64,000 nt of DNA from Somniosus microcephalus. Its lineage: Eukaryota. Location of the stretch: NCBI GenBank assembly GCA_052327205.1, contig CM126202.1, positions 444,168,001 through 444,232,000 of the forward strand. The letters run 5' to 3'. Shown in pieces: positions 33,747 to 45,820 of this stretch. Positions within the stretch are counted from its first letter, which is position 1. Every line of letters starts with the position of its first letter. Position numbers and translations under genes: made by a program. The notes below the pieces were generated by a model. That model was not told the DNA's origin and did no database searches. It saw nothing but the letters and a program-made list of their open reading frames with translations.

Positions 33747-35526
33747 TCATCCTCTGGGTTTTGGAGCCTGTGAGGGCCCTGCCAAACTCTGCTCCTCCTG
33801 CGACTGTACAGGGGCAGACTCGACCATCGTGATCCGAGGAGCCATCTGGGGCTCTGACTGAGGGGGTGGCAAAGGGAAAGAAGTGTAAGCGCTTTGAGAG
33901 GAGCCCACACTTCCATGTCCCCTCTCACCGTGATCCCTCTCATGGGACACCGGCACTTCCCTGCTAGCAAGGAGCTGGAGGGCACCTTGCTGCACATCAG
34001 TGGGGCCTTGAGGACGCACATCTATGCTGTCATCCCACCTAGAGAGGAGGTCTATGAGCCTCTGCCATCTATTCTCCATACATAGCATGTGCTCATGTGA
34101 ATGGTGCATTAGTTGCTCCATGCAGGTGGCCATCCTATCCATGGAAGAGCCTACAGTCAGCATCGCCTGTGACACGGTGGTGCTCATGTTGGAGATGGAC
34201 TCCTCCATTCTCTGAACATTTGCAGACATCAAGCTCACAAAACCTGTCAAAGCCTCCTGCACTTCTTCCTGCACCTCCAGGGTCACCCTCCTTCTGGATG
34301 GTCCCTGAGGCTCAGCGTCTGCATGCAGCTGAGCAGAGTTGGAAGCATCCTGCGAGGAGTCGGAAGCATCCTGCGAGGAGTCTCCACTGCTATGCTTGTG
34401 TCCACCATCTGCTCTTGCTCACTTGTGACTTATGACGGACCCGATGACAACACAATATCTTGCGTGGGACCCACCGAGGTGTGCGTCTCTGTGCCAGTGC
34501 TGGGTGCACTTATGTCTGGTGATGCTGCACCCTCAGAGGCTGGAGGCTCCTCTGAGGAGTCGTCTTCATCTTCCTCCTGGATAGTGTGGAGGGGCTCTTG
34601 ATGGACCTGTGGGAGAGTAAAGAGATGAGTTAGATATGTCATATGAAGAATGGGTACAGATATCATTATGCACATGATGACCATTCAGTGGCTGATGACA
34701 TCAGCCCCCATATGAGTGACTGCTGTATGCCATGTAGCTGTATGATATGTAATTATGTCACCAGATTGTTGAGATGTCCCCCTCTCTCCATCTCCCACCT
34801 CCAGCTGCTCGGCAACTCCCGATACTTCCAACACAGCCTCCTCTGCTGTTGTGAGGGTGACAAATGATGGAGACCCACCTCCAGTTCTCTCGCTCTCCCT
34901 CTCCTTGTGCGCTTTCTTTTCCTGCAAGGAGGGAAAGAAGAGAAGGTTGAGTAAGAGTGATGGATTGAGTGTAAGGAATGGATGGGTTACATCTTTAGAG
35001 AGCGACTATGATGGAGTGGGGTCGCAAAAGCAAGTGGCCTCCTTGTGTGTTGTTAATTGGTATGATTGCACTAGGATGAGGGTGAGTGTGAGGTGTGGCT
35101 AATGAGATGGGGATGTGACAATGTAGATAGAGAGAGAGGGATGGGTGGAGGTGCAAGGTAAGTTGGTGTGAGTAAGGATGTGCAGGAGCAGGGTAGGGAA
35201 GGCAGAGTGTTGGGGATGTGATGAGAGGCACAGCAGGATGAAGTTGAGTGTGGCTTTGCACTCACCTTTCCTGATCTAATGAGATCATTGAAACATTTCC
35301 GGCACTGAACCCAGAGCCTCCTGAACACATCCCTACTGTTTACCTCCTCTGCTATTTGGAGCCAGGCTCTTTCTGTCTCCTGCGGAGGTCTCTTCCGCCC
35401 ATTTGAAGGGAAGAGGGCCTCCCTGCGTGCTCTGACTCCCTCCACAAGCATATGGAGGGATTCATCGGAGAACCTGGGTGCAGCCCTCTGCCTCTGTGCA
35501 GCCCTCTCTCCAACTGTTTGGAGCAA
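33747..35526 (-). pseudogene. Harbinger Myb/SANT-like gene, three apparent exons
   Basis: Exon 1 RAAPRFSDESLHMLVEGV...AWLQIAEEVN...QCRKCFNDL ends at a GTGAGT donor (about 35266); exon 2 EKKAH...TGGG (about 34762-34922); exon 3 follows a TCCCACAG acceptor (about 34607) and has acidic then coiled-coil sequence, frameshifted. Confidence 0.85.
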
Positions 35527-37505
35527 TGAAAACCTCCAGTGTGCTGCCTGCGCACTCCTAGATGAACCTTCAAATGCAATGTGGCCATGGCTCCTTTAAA
35601 TATCCCGGCTGAAAAAGCATTATCGATGACATCATCAGACCCGCACCATTTAACAAGGCAGGGTAACGCGCAGGGCGGGCTTAATAGGCCCCATTAGCGC
35701 AAACCCAATCTCAGCAGCGCGATGGAAACAACATCAGGGTCGCGACCCGCCACGCCGACCCCCCGTAACCGACCCGCCCAGGTAAAGAAAATTCCGGCCA
35801 TTTAAGTTATTTTCGATGGTGCTGCTTGATGGCCAGGCTAACAAGAGAAGTCCATGATTTTCTTTGAATGGTGTCATGGGTGATCTGCTAATTTCATTTA
35901 TTTGGAATATCAGTCATCTTAGCAAGGCCACATTTATTGCTCATCCCCAGTTACCCTGAGGGCAACCACATAGTGTTGGACTGGAGTCAGACCAGGTAGG
36001 AGGGAGAAAGTCTATTCCCTGAAGGACATCAGTGAACCAGTTGGGTTTTTATGACACTCCTAAAGCTTTCACTGTTATCTTGTTTCTGGTACCAATCTAC
36101 AAATTCAAAGATTCAATTTCCAACTTCTTATGGTGGGATTTAAACTCTCAACCTCTGGTTTCACTGTTCAGTACCATAACCACTGCACTACATACGCTCA
36201 GTAATCCTACTAAAGCAAGTTCCTCAGGAAATTGACTTTAGACACTGGTGCTGAACCATATGTCAGTCTCTATGTCAGTGCTTCTGATCTGTTTCAAGCC
36301 TGACTTAGACAAGGAGTGGTTAATATTATCACAGTGACCAAAGAGTTAAAACTGTTCGGTTCAACATTTTCCATTTCAATAAGCAGAGAGACAAAAATAT
36401 AGATAAAAAATAGAGTTTGTGAACTTTTGACTTATTGATCACTTTGCTGGTGAAATGAGGCTAATTGCAGCATTCCCAAAGCTTCCCTGATTCAGCTCAG
36501 TTAATTCAGCACAAGGCAGGAATCCAGCCTGGGATCTCAAGGGTCTGTAGGCCTCAGTACCATATTGGACAGGGCATTTATACCACGAGCCACCGGGAGA
36601 GCTTATTTTGCAACCTTGCAATGGGTTCAAGAGTCCTATAAACTTTTAATTTCACAGAGCTTCCAGAGAAGTGGTTGGGCGAAGATCTGTAGGCTTCACT
36701 CTAAGATCGGCACTTACATTTATTTTCACTGCCGTGTTGCTGATAAATAAATTATATCCAAACAATACAGAAGCCTTAGAGAGAGAAATCTTCCAAAATC
36801 AAAGCTCTGGCATTGTAGGATGATGACTTAAAGTGCAGGATTCTTTCCAGAAAACACAGAAGGACATTTGGAAAAATTAACACACTGTGACAGGTGCAAA
36901 TCTTCAATTATATCAACTGAAGATCGCTGGGTATTAGAGCGCCAAGCAATTATTACTGATGTCAGAGCTATCACACATTTCACAGTAGTGAGTTCCTGCG
37001 ATTTCATTAGTAGCAAATTAATTACAGAGAAAAGCAGGCATTCTTTGTCGTTAACAACAAATTTCTACCCCCTGCCTTCCCCCAGCTCTATTTCCAGGAT
37101 AATAGCACTGATGGAGAATCTGTCCACAATGCGCAACACTCTGCGTGCAGTTAATTAAATCTTTTGGCAATATCTGTGGCTAGGTAGCAAGCTCTTCAAT
37201 CAAGGAGAAGTGGAGATGGCAGCCCAGCCACCAGACAATGGTCAGTTGAGAGAAATCATTTTTAAATAAATTGCGAGGGGCCACAACAGCATAGGATATG
37301 GGTTTGCTTTGTTCAGTGTTCATCTAATGAGCCTGGGGGGGATCTCATGTAATGATTGAAGACTTTTTTTCACCCTTATGGCCAGCAAACAATTGAGATT
37401 TTATGATAATCTGGCAGCTTTGGTCATGGAGTGGTGTTCGGCCACAAATTACCCGATTGTTAAAATTCAATGCCACAACTTGTCATAGTGGGATTTAAAC
37501 TCATA

Positions 37506-37652
37506 GGGGTCATTTTCAACTTCGCCACTAGCGGCAGTACCCTGGCAGAGCAGATCGCCCGCCCATTGTAGAATCCACCTCGGTTTTCAGTCCATCTACT
37601 CTGGGTGGGCAATGCAGGTTACAGCCTAAGCGGCAAAGTTGAATATTAGCCC
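37506..37652. mobile_element. Small MITE inside a degenerate SINE
   Basis: Imperfect TIR GGGGTCATTTTCAACTT / AAGTTGAATATTAGCCCC. Confidence 0.55.
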
Positions 37653-37707
37653 CACAGCCTCTGGGTTGCTAGTCCAGTGCCATAACCCTTACACTATGGT
37701 ACCGTAT

Positions 37708-38175
37708 CACCCTTGGCTCAGTTGGTAACACTCTCGCCTATGAGCCATGAAGGATGTGGGTTCAGGCCCCACTCCATGAGACTTGAGCACATAATCCAGG
37801 CTGACACTCCCAGTGCAGGACCGAGGGAGTTTTGCACTTTCGGAGGTGCCGCCTTTCAGATGAGACTTTAAACCACGGACCCGTCTGCCCTTTAAGGTGG
37901 ACATAAATTATCCAATGGGACTACTTTGAAGAAGAGCAGGGGAGTTCTCCCTGGTGTCCTGGCCAATATTTATCCCTCAACTAACATCGCTAAAAAAAAG
38001 ACTAGATGGCATTATCTCATTGCTGTTTGTGGGAGCTTGCTGTGCGCAAATTGGCTGCCATGTTTCCTACATTACAACAATGACTACACATCAGAAGTAC
38101 TTCATTGGCTGTAAAGCACTTTGAGATGTCCTGAGGTTGTGAAAGTCGCTATTTAAATGCAAGTCTTTCTTTTTT
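37708..38175 (+). mobile_element. Deu-SINE copy, near full length
   Basis: Same family as 14385-14855; head TGGCTCAGTTGG...GGTTCAGGCCC. Confidence 0.8.
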
Positions 38176-38655
38176 ACTCACTTAATCAAGGGTCTCCTCA
38201 ACTTTGATTATGTGCTCAAACCCCAGATTGGTGCTTCAAACTAAAACCTTCTGACTCAAAGGCAAGAGTGCTATCAATTGAGCCAAATTGACATTACTAA
38301 ATAATTTGATTTGTCTATTGCTGTCCAGGTGCATCTCTGAAACGGCAGTGTGTATTTGCAACACCAAAGTTCTGTTGTCTTGGATGACAAGACCAGATTT
38401 CTGATTGGGCCCCTTGGAGGATAAGACACGCCCAGCAGTTTGTCTGGAATGTGTAATTTGATCCTGCCTGCCTGAGTAATCAAGTACTTTGCGATGTGTA
38501 ATTTGATCCATTCATTCTGACTGCCAGACCCCATGTAGAACTCACAGCACTGCGACCATATTGAGTGTGTATGCGCGGTACCAAATGGGCGCACATGCAC
38601 AGAGAGAGTCAAAAATGCATTGCAAATAATCGCTCCGCTCTGAAACCCACTTTAA

Positions 38656-40421
38656 GGGCTGGATTTTTCCAACCTCGGCGGGTCCGGGGTGGGCGACGTC
38701 AATGGCATATGGGGACCTGGCATCTGTCTCGGTCCCGGCTTCCAACAAGATTTTATGAAGATGGGGCTTGTTAAGCCCGCCCTGCGAGGTTCCCGGCCAA
38801 TTAATAGGAAGCGGATCTGATGATGTCATTTGATGACGTGTCATCAGCCGGTTTCCTTAAAGGGACCATGGCCACATTCATTTTGACATTTCTGCTGTCA
38901 GTGTTCTGCAGCATTAAGGTGCTGTAAACACTGACAAGCACTGCACAAAGGTGCACGGCTGCACCCAGGCTCTCACATGACTCCCTCCATATGCTTATGG
39001 AGGGAGTCACAGCACGCAGGGAGGCTCTCTTCCATTCAAATGGGCGGAAGAGACCTCCTCAGGACACTAACACAGCCTGGTTTCACATTGCACAGGAGGA
39101 CACAAGCAGGGATGTCGTCAGGAGGACCAGGCAGCAGTGGCACAAACCTTTCAATGATCTCAGTAGATCACGAAACGTTACTGCAAAGCCATATTCAACC
39201 TCATCCTGCTGTGCCTCTCATCACTTCCCCATCACTCTACCTTCCCTACCCTACTCCTGCACATCCTTACTCACACCAACTTACCTTGCACCTCCACCCA
39301 TCCCTCACTTCACTTCTCCATCTCACCAGCCACCCCTCACACTCACCCTCATCCTAGTGCAATCATACCAACTAACAACACACAAGGGGTAGGCACTTGG
39401 ATGTTTGAGCCAATGTTCGTGGAAACTTTCTGTTAATGTGGTGTCAAACATTGAAATCCTTACTGTCACCAATTTCCCTTCTTGGACAGATTTGTGCGCA
39501 CCTTTGGAAGTGTCTTAGTGAGTTGCAGTGAATGGTGAGACATAACGTCCCCCTCCCCCCACCAATGGTGATGAGTGTGAAAGGAATGGCTTGGACATTG
39601 TAGGGATGCTTTATGGTGCTGGTGTGGGGTAGTGCCAACCTGGTGCATCATGTGGCAGCCAGGGTGTCCAGTGTTAAGTGAAATAAATCTGGACATGGTG
39701 AGGCCATCGCTGGCGTCCCGGGCAGCAATGTGGTCGGGTGCTGATGCCCTGTGTCCAGTGCAGCATCAGTTGATTGTGGAGAAGGTTGGTGTTGTTGTTG
39801 GTGCGCCCGGTGATGTTGGTGTTGGGGCTGATCATGTTGGGATTCTGAGGACCAAGGTAAGATTTGTTCAAGGGCACCAATGCTGATGGAATAGATGGCA
39901 GGTGAGGTTGAGATGACAGAAGTAACCTGTCAATATTGAGATAGGTTGTTCCAGGTAGGTGACAGTGAATAGAGAGATTACTCCAAACACTTCAAAAGTG
40001 CATAAAGCACAAATGTGGATTCCAAATACTGAAGGCTGAAGCTTCTGAGATTGGAAAGTGACCAGCTGTAAAATGGAAGCTTTTATACCACTTTTGCAGC
40101 TGTCACCTAATGAAAGAAATGGAGAGTTGTTCAGAACCCGACATACTTACCTGGCATGATCCCCGAGCAACGGGAACCTCGTGGAAAATGCTTTATACCT
40201 GGTAAAATGGTGATTAAATTGCTTTAAACACCTTCTTAACCAGCACAATTGCCTGACCCGCCTCTTAGTGCCGGGTCTACAAAGCGCAGGCAGAGCCAGC
40301 ACTGGGGAAACTCACGAGGAGGCGGGTTTAGAGCGGGATATTGCCCCGCTGTCATTCTTTTGGATTTTGACAGCAGACCCGCCTCCGAACCCGCCCTCTG
40401 AGCGCCGGCAAAATTCAGCCC
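38656..40421. mobile_element. Internally deleted Harbinger related to 31563-35799, opposite orientation
   Basis: TIR GGGCTGGATTTT / AAAATTCAGCCC; Myb exon 1 on + (about 38950-39180) with intron; about 39470-39735 matches 33275-33560 and about 39735-39870 matches 32130-32245 (reverse complement). TSD unclear. Confidence 0.85.
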
Positions 40422-41745
40422 AAGTCTTTCACATATTACTGGAGGAGTGATGAGTCGCCTCAGTCTAGGTAGATTGTATAATGGATTTTAATTGCCGAGT
40501 CCACATAGGTGACAGAAACACCTACTACCGATTACCTGACTGCAAGAAGGAGACAGCTAATCATTTGTGGTATTGTTGTCCCTGCAAATGAGGGTCTCAC
40601 AACTTGTCTTTGTCCTGAAAGTGGGGGGGTGGTTACAGCTGAAGAACCGTGTGGTGCCATTTAACCCTAATGTGGCTGGCAGATAAATGCAATTGTACAA
40701 ACCACTTTTATTGATATTCGTTTGCATCCGTTCAGATTTGAAAGCAGACAGAGGATATAACTGTTTCCCTGTATCTGGTGGTCAGTGAATTTCTGGTTCA
40801 CCAGGTAGTTAATGAGCTGGGACCAATTAAACATCCTGTGAAATAGCCAATTGCACATATAAACCTCACATTGCAGACACAGGAACGGGTGGAGGTCATT
40901 CAGCCCCTCAAGCCTGTTGCCATTCAATGAGATCACGGCTGAGCTGTATTTTAACTCCATCTTCCCGCCTTGGTTCAGTATTCCTTAATAGTGGATTCAA
41001 AGTAAGAGTGGTAACTGCAGCATTCAGGAGAATTGCAAGACATTTTTAATTGTTTTGGAACAGAGGCTGTAAGTTTAATGTAAATGTGATTCGATTTGAT
41101 TCAAGGCTGCAGCGTTATTCGGTCTGACTATTTCAGTAAATGACTTGAGAAAAATTACTTTATAATTTAATCTATTATAAAAGTGTTTGAATTGAGTGAT
41201 ATTAGTCATCTCCTGGTGATGTGGGTGTGTAGCAGTACTCCAGACACAATAAATGGGTCTATTATTTTTCCAAGGTTTGCTAATCTCACATTACTTTCCC
41301 AATGAGTTGTCTCAATTCAATTCATTGGAGATATGGGTTTCACTATGGGAGCTGACTTTTATATTAGGCATTGCAAAAAGTTTCATGGAGACCTAAATAA
41401 TGAAAGCAACTATTTCCAGAGTAAAGAAGTCATTAGCCTTTTTGCTAATACAGCCGACTGAAACAGGAAGCATGCAATCGCTATTAGCTATACCGCAATA
41501 CAACGACAAGAGACGGCATGGAGTGTGATTGTCATTGTGGCTCTCTGAAACTGAGGTACGACGGGCGCATTAAACTGAACCCAGCTAAGACTGAGCCTGC
41601 AATGTTAATCCAAGTTGTGCCATACTAAATTGAACCCAACTAATGATGTCATTTTAATTCCAAAACCATTTTTCAGTACTATGAAGGCATTGCAGAAGTG
41701 ATTTACTAAAACGATACCAAGGATGAGAGGGGAGACCGGAGCAAA

Positions 41746-41845
41746 CTGACGAAAGGTCATCGACCTGAAACCTTAACTTTGTTTCTCTCTCCACAGATGC
41801 TGTCTGACCTTCTAACGTATTTCCAACACTTTCTGTTTTTATATT
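41746..41845 (+). mobile_element. Penelope pseudo-LTR fragment with degenerate hammerhead
   Basis: CTGACGAAAGGTCATCGACCTGAAACCTTAAC followed by the shared pseudo-LTR body. A similar more degraded copy lies at about 42480-42640. Confidence 0.7.
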
Positions 41846-42954
41846 AGAGTAAACTGGACCTTGTTTCACTCGAATAGAGAAGATTAAAGGGAGGTCTGAT
41901 AAACGTCTTTAAATTTACGAGGGGTTGGACAAACCTTTTTCCATTGGTTGGTGAGCCAATAACTAGAGGGCATCAATTTAAATCATCAAAAAATATGAAG
42001 GATATTATGCAGACGGTTGTAAGGACATGGAATATCTAACCAGAAACAATGGTGGGAGCAGAATCCATACTAGGTTTTAAAAGGGAAGTGTAAAATTTTT
42101 TAATTAACGGGCATGGGGATGGGATCGAGATATGTCTTTCAAAGAACCAGCAGGTGTGAAGGGCCCTACTTCTGTGCTGTAAAATTCTAGAATATTACTA
42201 TTGGTGATGATCACTCTGAGAACCATATTGTGTTTGCACATGCCGTGTTTGGAAAATAAAGTACTGTTAGAGGTACCGTGCATTTCTTGATCTTTGGTAA
42301 GTCAAGATCCAAATTGATTTTCAACCAATGCTGCACTTTCCTTAGGTCATTGGTCAGAATTATTTGGGTTAGTTAATAGAGAACAACTCCACCCAGGCTA
42401 AATACGGCACCATAGGGCCAATTTAACAAATGAATGGTCCCAGTGTAGAGCCCATATTGGGAAATTATATGCCTCTCTTTATGTCTCTTTACTCCTTTTG
42501 TTCTATCGCAGCCCTGCCTTCGATCTATTTCATTTCCTTTCCAGTTTGGAAAAGGGTTTTGACCCGAAACGTTGACTCTATTTTCTCTCCACGGATGTTG
42601 CCTGGCCTGCTGAGTTTTTCCAGCATTTTCTGTTGTTATTTGGGAAACTATGGATACACTCCATGTGATTTTCCCGTATGATATTTCCCGTAAGTGAAGC
42701 TTCAAGCTAAAAGCACACATTCATAAAATCAGCCCTTGTACATTAAACCCCGGATATATAAAAGTAAATTGGATAGATTTCCTACATGAATTGTCGGCAT
42801 TTTAATGATTGTGAGTCATTCTTATCTTAATGTGTGCTTGGATTCCAAAGCCTCAATTTCCTATCATATCAGAAGCTCGTCGCCCAAGACACACATTAAT
42901 CAAGCCTGCAATAGGATGGCTCCTTTCCCATAATCTAAAATTTCTACCAGGTGC

Positions 42955-43184
42955 TGTCATAAATCGCAGCTTCTACAAGAAGTAACTCAGGAAGTACTAC
43001 TGAATGGCCAGCTGAGGGCGCCGTCCGAGGAGTATAAATACTCGGGTTGTCAGCCCAACTTGGCCAGAGACAATCTGGAAACAGGAAGCTAGTGACTACT
43101 AACTAGACCTCCATGTTTTGTTACAAGTCGATTAAAGCCTTGCTTTATGTACAACCAAGTGCGTAGTGAGTCTTTATTACATCA
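42955..43184 (+). mobile_element. Solo LTR, diverged relative of the 20750-20978 family
   Basis: TG...CA termini; perfect 5-bp TSD GGTGC (42950-42954, 43185-43189); shared motifs GAGTATAAATACTCGGG, ACTAGACCTCCATGTT, GATTAAAGCCTTG. Confidence 0.85.
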
Positions 43185-44384
43185 GGTGCATCTTCTGCCT
43201 GCTCCACCCACACCCCCACCTTCTCAATGCTCCGCCAGTTACACCATTCTGTTTCTCTCTCGACCGATGCTGCCCGACCTGCTGAGGGTTTGCAGCATTT
43301 TCTGTTTTTACGCAATTTGCACAGCCAGAGGTAGCTGGGCCCTCAATGCTGTATTCAAACGGCAATCATTCCAAGCGATATCGTTTACCACTGGGAAGTT
43401 GCGCCGACCATCAAGGAAGCTGCAAGGCAGCAAAGTTGTGGCCATCACATCTTCAAGCAGACTAGCCCCTGCTGCAGCGCTCCACCCACCCCACCACTAG
43501 AATGCCAAGGTGCATCTCCAAAATCCCACCAGGTCCACGAGGCAGGATCCCTAGTTGAGTTAGTAGTGGCTAGCAATAACCTTGTCCCCAAGATTTGGAA
43601 CAGGATGGTGGTGAGGCCAAATGGGTGGGCATTGCTAGGCCAGAATTTATGAGCTCAGAGGTCTTTTAAAGAGAAGAGGGGCATGAAAACAGTCCATCTG
43701 GTTTCCTAGTTAGTCGCCATTGGTTCTACAGACAGTCTTAGTCAATTAACGATCACCTCATCCACTTGAGTCAGCACAATATTCCAAGTCGGTCCAGAAT
43801 TCCAGTTGATCAGAGGGTTTCAGGCAGAGGTTTTAGAATCCAGAACAGCAATATTTGCAAAGGGAAGAAGTGTGTTTTTTAACTTTTATATATTATGTAT
43901 ATACAGTGTCAGTCAGAACTGAAGCTTCTGTCAAGAGAGCTGGCATAACATACTTAAGATTTTCTTCTGGCCTCCCGTCTATGCAGTTTAGTAAGCAAGG
44001 AATAGTAGGATATGTTCATGAAGTTAGATGAAGAGGGGTGGGAGGAGGCTCATGTAGAGAATAAACACCGGCATAGACTTGTTGGGCCGAATGGCCTGTT
44101 TCTGTGCTGTGAATATTTTGCAATACTTTGTAATGAATCTACCAGCTCTGTCCCTGAATTTGTTTTCCAGAAATAAGTGATTTCCACCCTCTCCGCCCCA
44201 CCCCCCACCATCAGTACTCTCTGACCCCAGTCTGAATATACTCCAGTGTCACTCACATCATTCCTTGTATCCCTGATACCTGGAACTCAGATCAGATGAA
44301 GAGCGTTGAATGAAAAATGACACTTATGACAGAACCACTATGCCAATTAGTCATCAGCCATTGAATCCACAGGGTAGTTAATAT

Positions 44385-45470
44385 AATAACAACAACAACT
44401 TGCATTTATGTAGCACCTTTAACGTAGTAAAATGTCCCAAGGTGCTTCACAGGAGCATTTTAAGACAAAAAATTTGACACCGAGCCACATAAGGATAAAT
44501 TAAGGCAGGTGACCATTAGGTGGTCAAAGAGGTAGGTTTTAAGGAGCGTCTTAAAGGAGGAAAGAGAGGTAGCGAGGCGGAGAGGTTTAGGCAGGGAATT
44601 CCAGAGCTTAGGGCCCAGGCAACAGAAGGCACGGCCACCAATAGTTGAGCGATTATAATCAGGGATCCTCAAGAGGGCAGAATTAGAGGAGGGCAGATAT
44701 CTCGGGGGGCTGTGGGACTGGAGGAGATTACAGAGATAGGGAGGGGCGAGGCCATTGAGGGATTTAAAAATAAGGATGAGAATTTTAAAACAGAGGTGTT
44801 GCTTAACCGGGAGCCAATGTAGGTCAGCAAGCATAGGGATAATGGGCGAACGGGACTTGGTGCGAGTTATAGAGTCATAGAGTCATACAGCACAGAAAGA
44901 GGCCCTTTGGCCCATCGCGTCCGCGCCGGCCATCAAGCCCTCTCTAATCTAATCCCATTTTCCAGCATTTGGTCCGTAGCCTTGTATGCTATGTTAGGAC
45001 ACGGGCAGCCGAGTTTTGGATGACCTCAAGTTTACATAGGGTGGAATGTGGGAGACCAGCCAGGAGTGCATTTGAATAGTCAAGTCTAGAGGTAACAAAG
45101 GCATGGATGAGGGTTTCAGCAGCGGATGAGCTGAGGCAAAGGCGGAGACGGGCGATGTTATGGAGGTGGAAGTAGGTGGTCTTTGTTATGCTGCGGATAT
45201 GTGGTCGGAAGCTCATTTCAGGGTCAAATATAACACCAAGGTTGTGAACAGTGTGGTTCAGCCTCAGACAGATGTTAGGGAGAGCGATGGAGCCAGTGGC
45301 TAGCGAACGGAGTTTGTGGCGAGGACCAAAAACAATGGCTTTGGTCTTCCCAATATTTAATAGTGCCTTTAACATACGTCGGACAAGCAGTCTGACAATT
45401 TAGGCACTGTGGAGGGGTTGAGTGAAGAGGTAGTGAGGTAGAGCTGGATGTCGTCAGCGTACATGTGGAC
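44385..45470 (-). mobile_element. L2 LINE RT C-terminal fragment, split by a short CR1 tail (about 44869-44992)
   Basis: LNIGKTKAIVFG...LGVIFD...HAFVTSRLDYSNALL...IQNSAARVLT and LHWLPVKQ...GGRAF...LWNSLP...FKTLLKTYLF; (TTG)n tail. Confidence 0.92.
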
Positions 45471-45524
45471 TCAACTCAAAGTACAATGTTTTAAACTTTG
45501 TGCTTGAAAACCACGAAAGGAAGA

Positions 45525-45820
45525 AAGGAAGAAAGAAAGAAAGCAAGAAAGAAAGACTTACATTGATATAACGCCTTCACGACCTCAGGATGTCCCAAAA
45601 TGCTTTGGAGCCAATAAATTACTTTTGAAGTGTAGTCACTGTTGTAATGTGGGAAACGTGACAGCCAACTTGTGCACAGCAAGCTCCCACAAACAGCAAT
45701 GTGATAATGACCAGATAATCTGTTTTAGTGATGTTGTTTGAGGGATAAATATTGGCCCCAGGACACCGGGGAGAACTCCCCTGCTCTTCTTCAAAATAGT
45801 GCCATGGGCTCTTTTACGCC
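45525..45820 (-). mobile_element. Deu-SINE 3' half
   Basis: Reverse complement of 14580-14855, with (CTTT)n tail. Confidence 0.75.

Larger units (their letters stand above)
31563..35799. mobile_element. Near-complete, degenerate two-gene PIF/Harbinger transposon
   Basis: Imperfect TIR GACTGGAATTTTCT / AGAAAATTCCGGCC; flanks ATA/ATT; convergent transposase (+) and Myb/SANT (-) genes. Confidence 0.88.

Noticed and set aside
32074-35526. Domesticated HARBI1 / NAIF1-type host genes
   Set aside because: Frameshifts, a stop, loss of a catalytic Asp and enclosure by TIRs show a decayed transposon.
36868-37158. 96-aa ORF as a host exon
   Set aside because: No recognisable domain or convincing splice context; treated as a candidate non-coding element instead.
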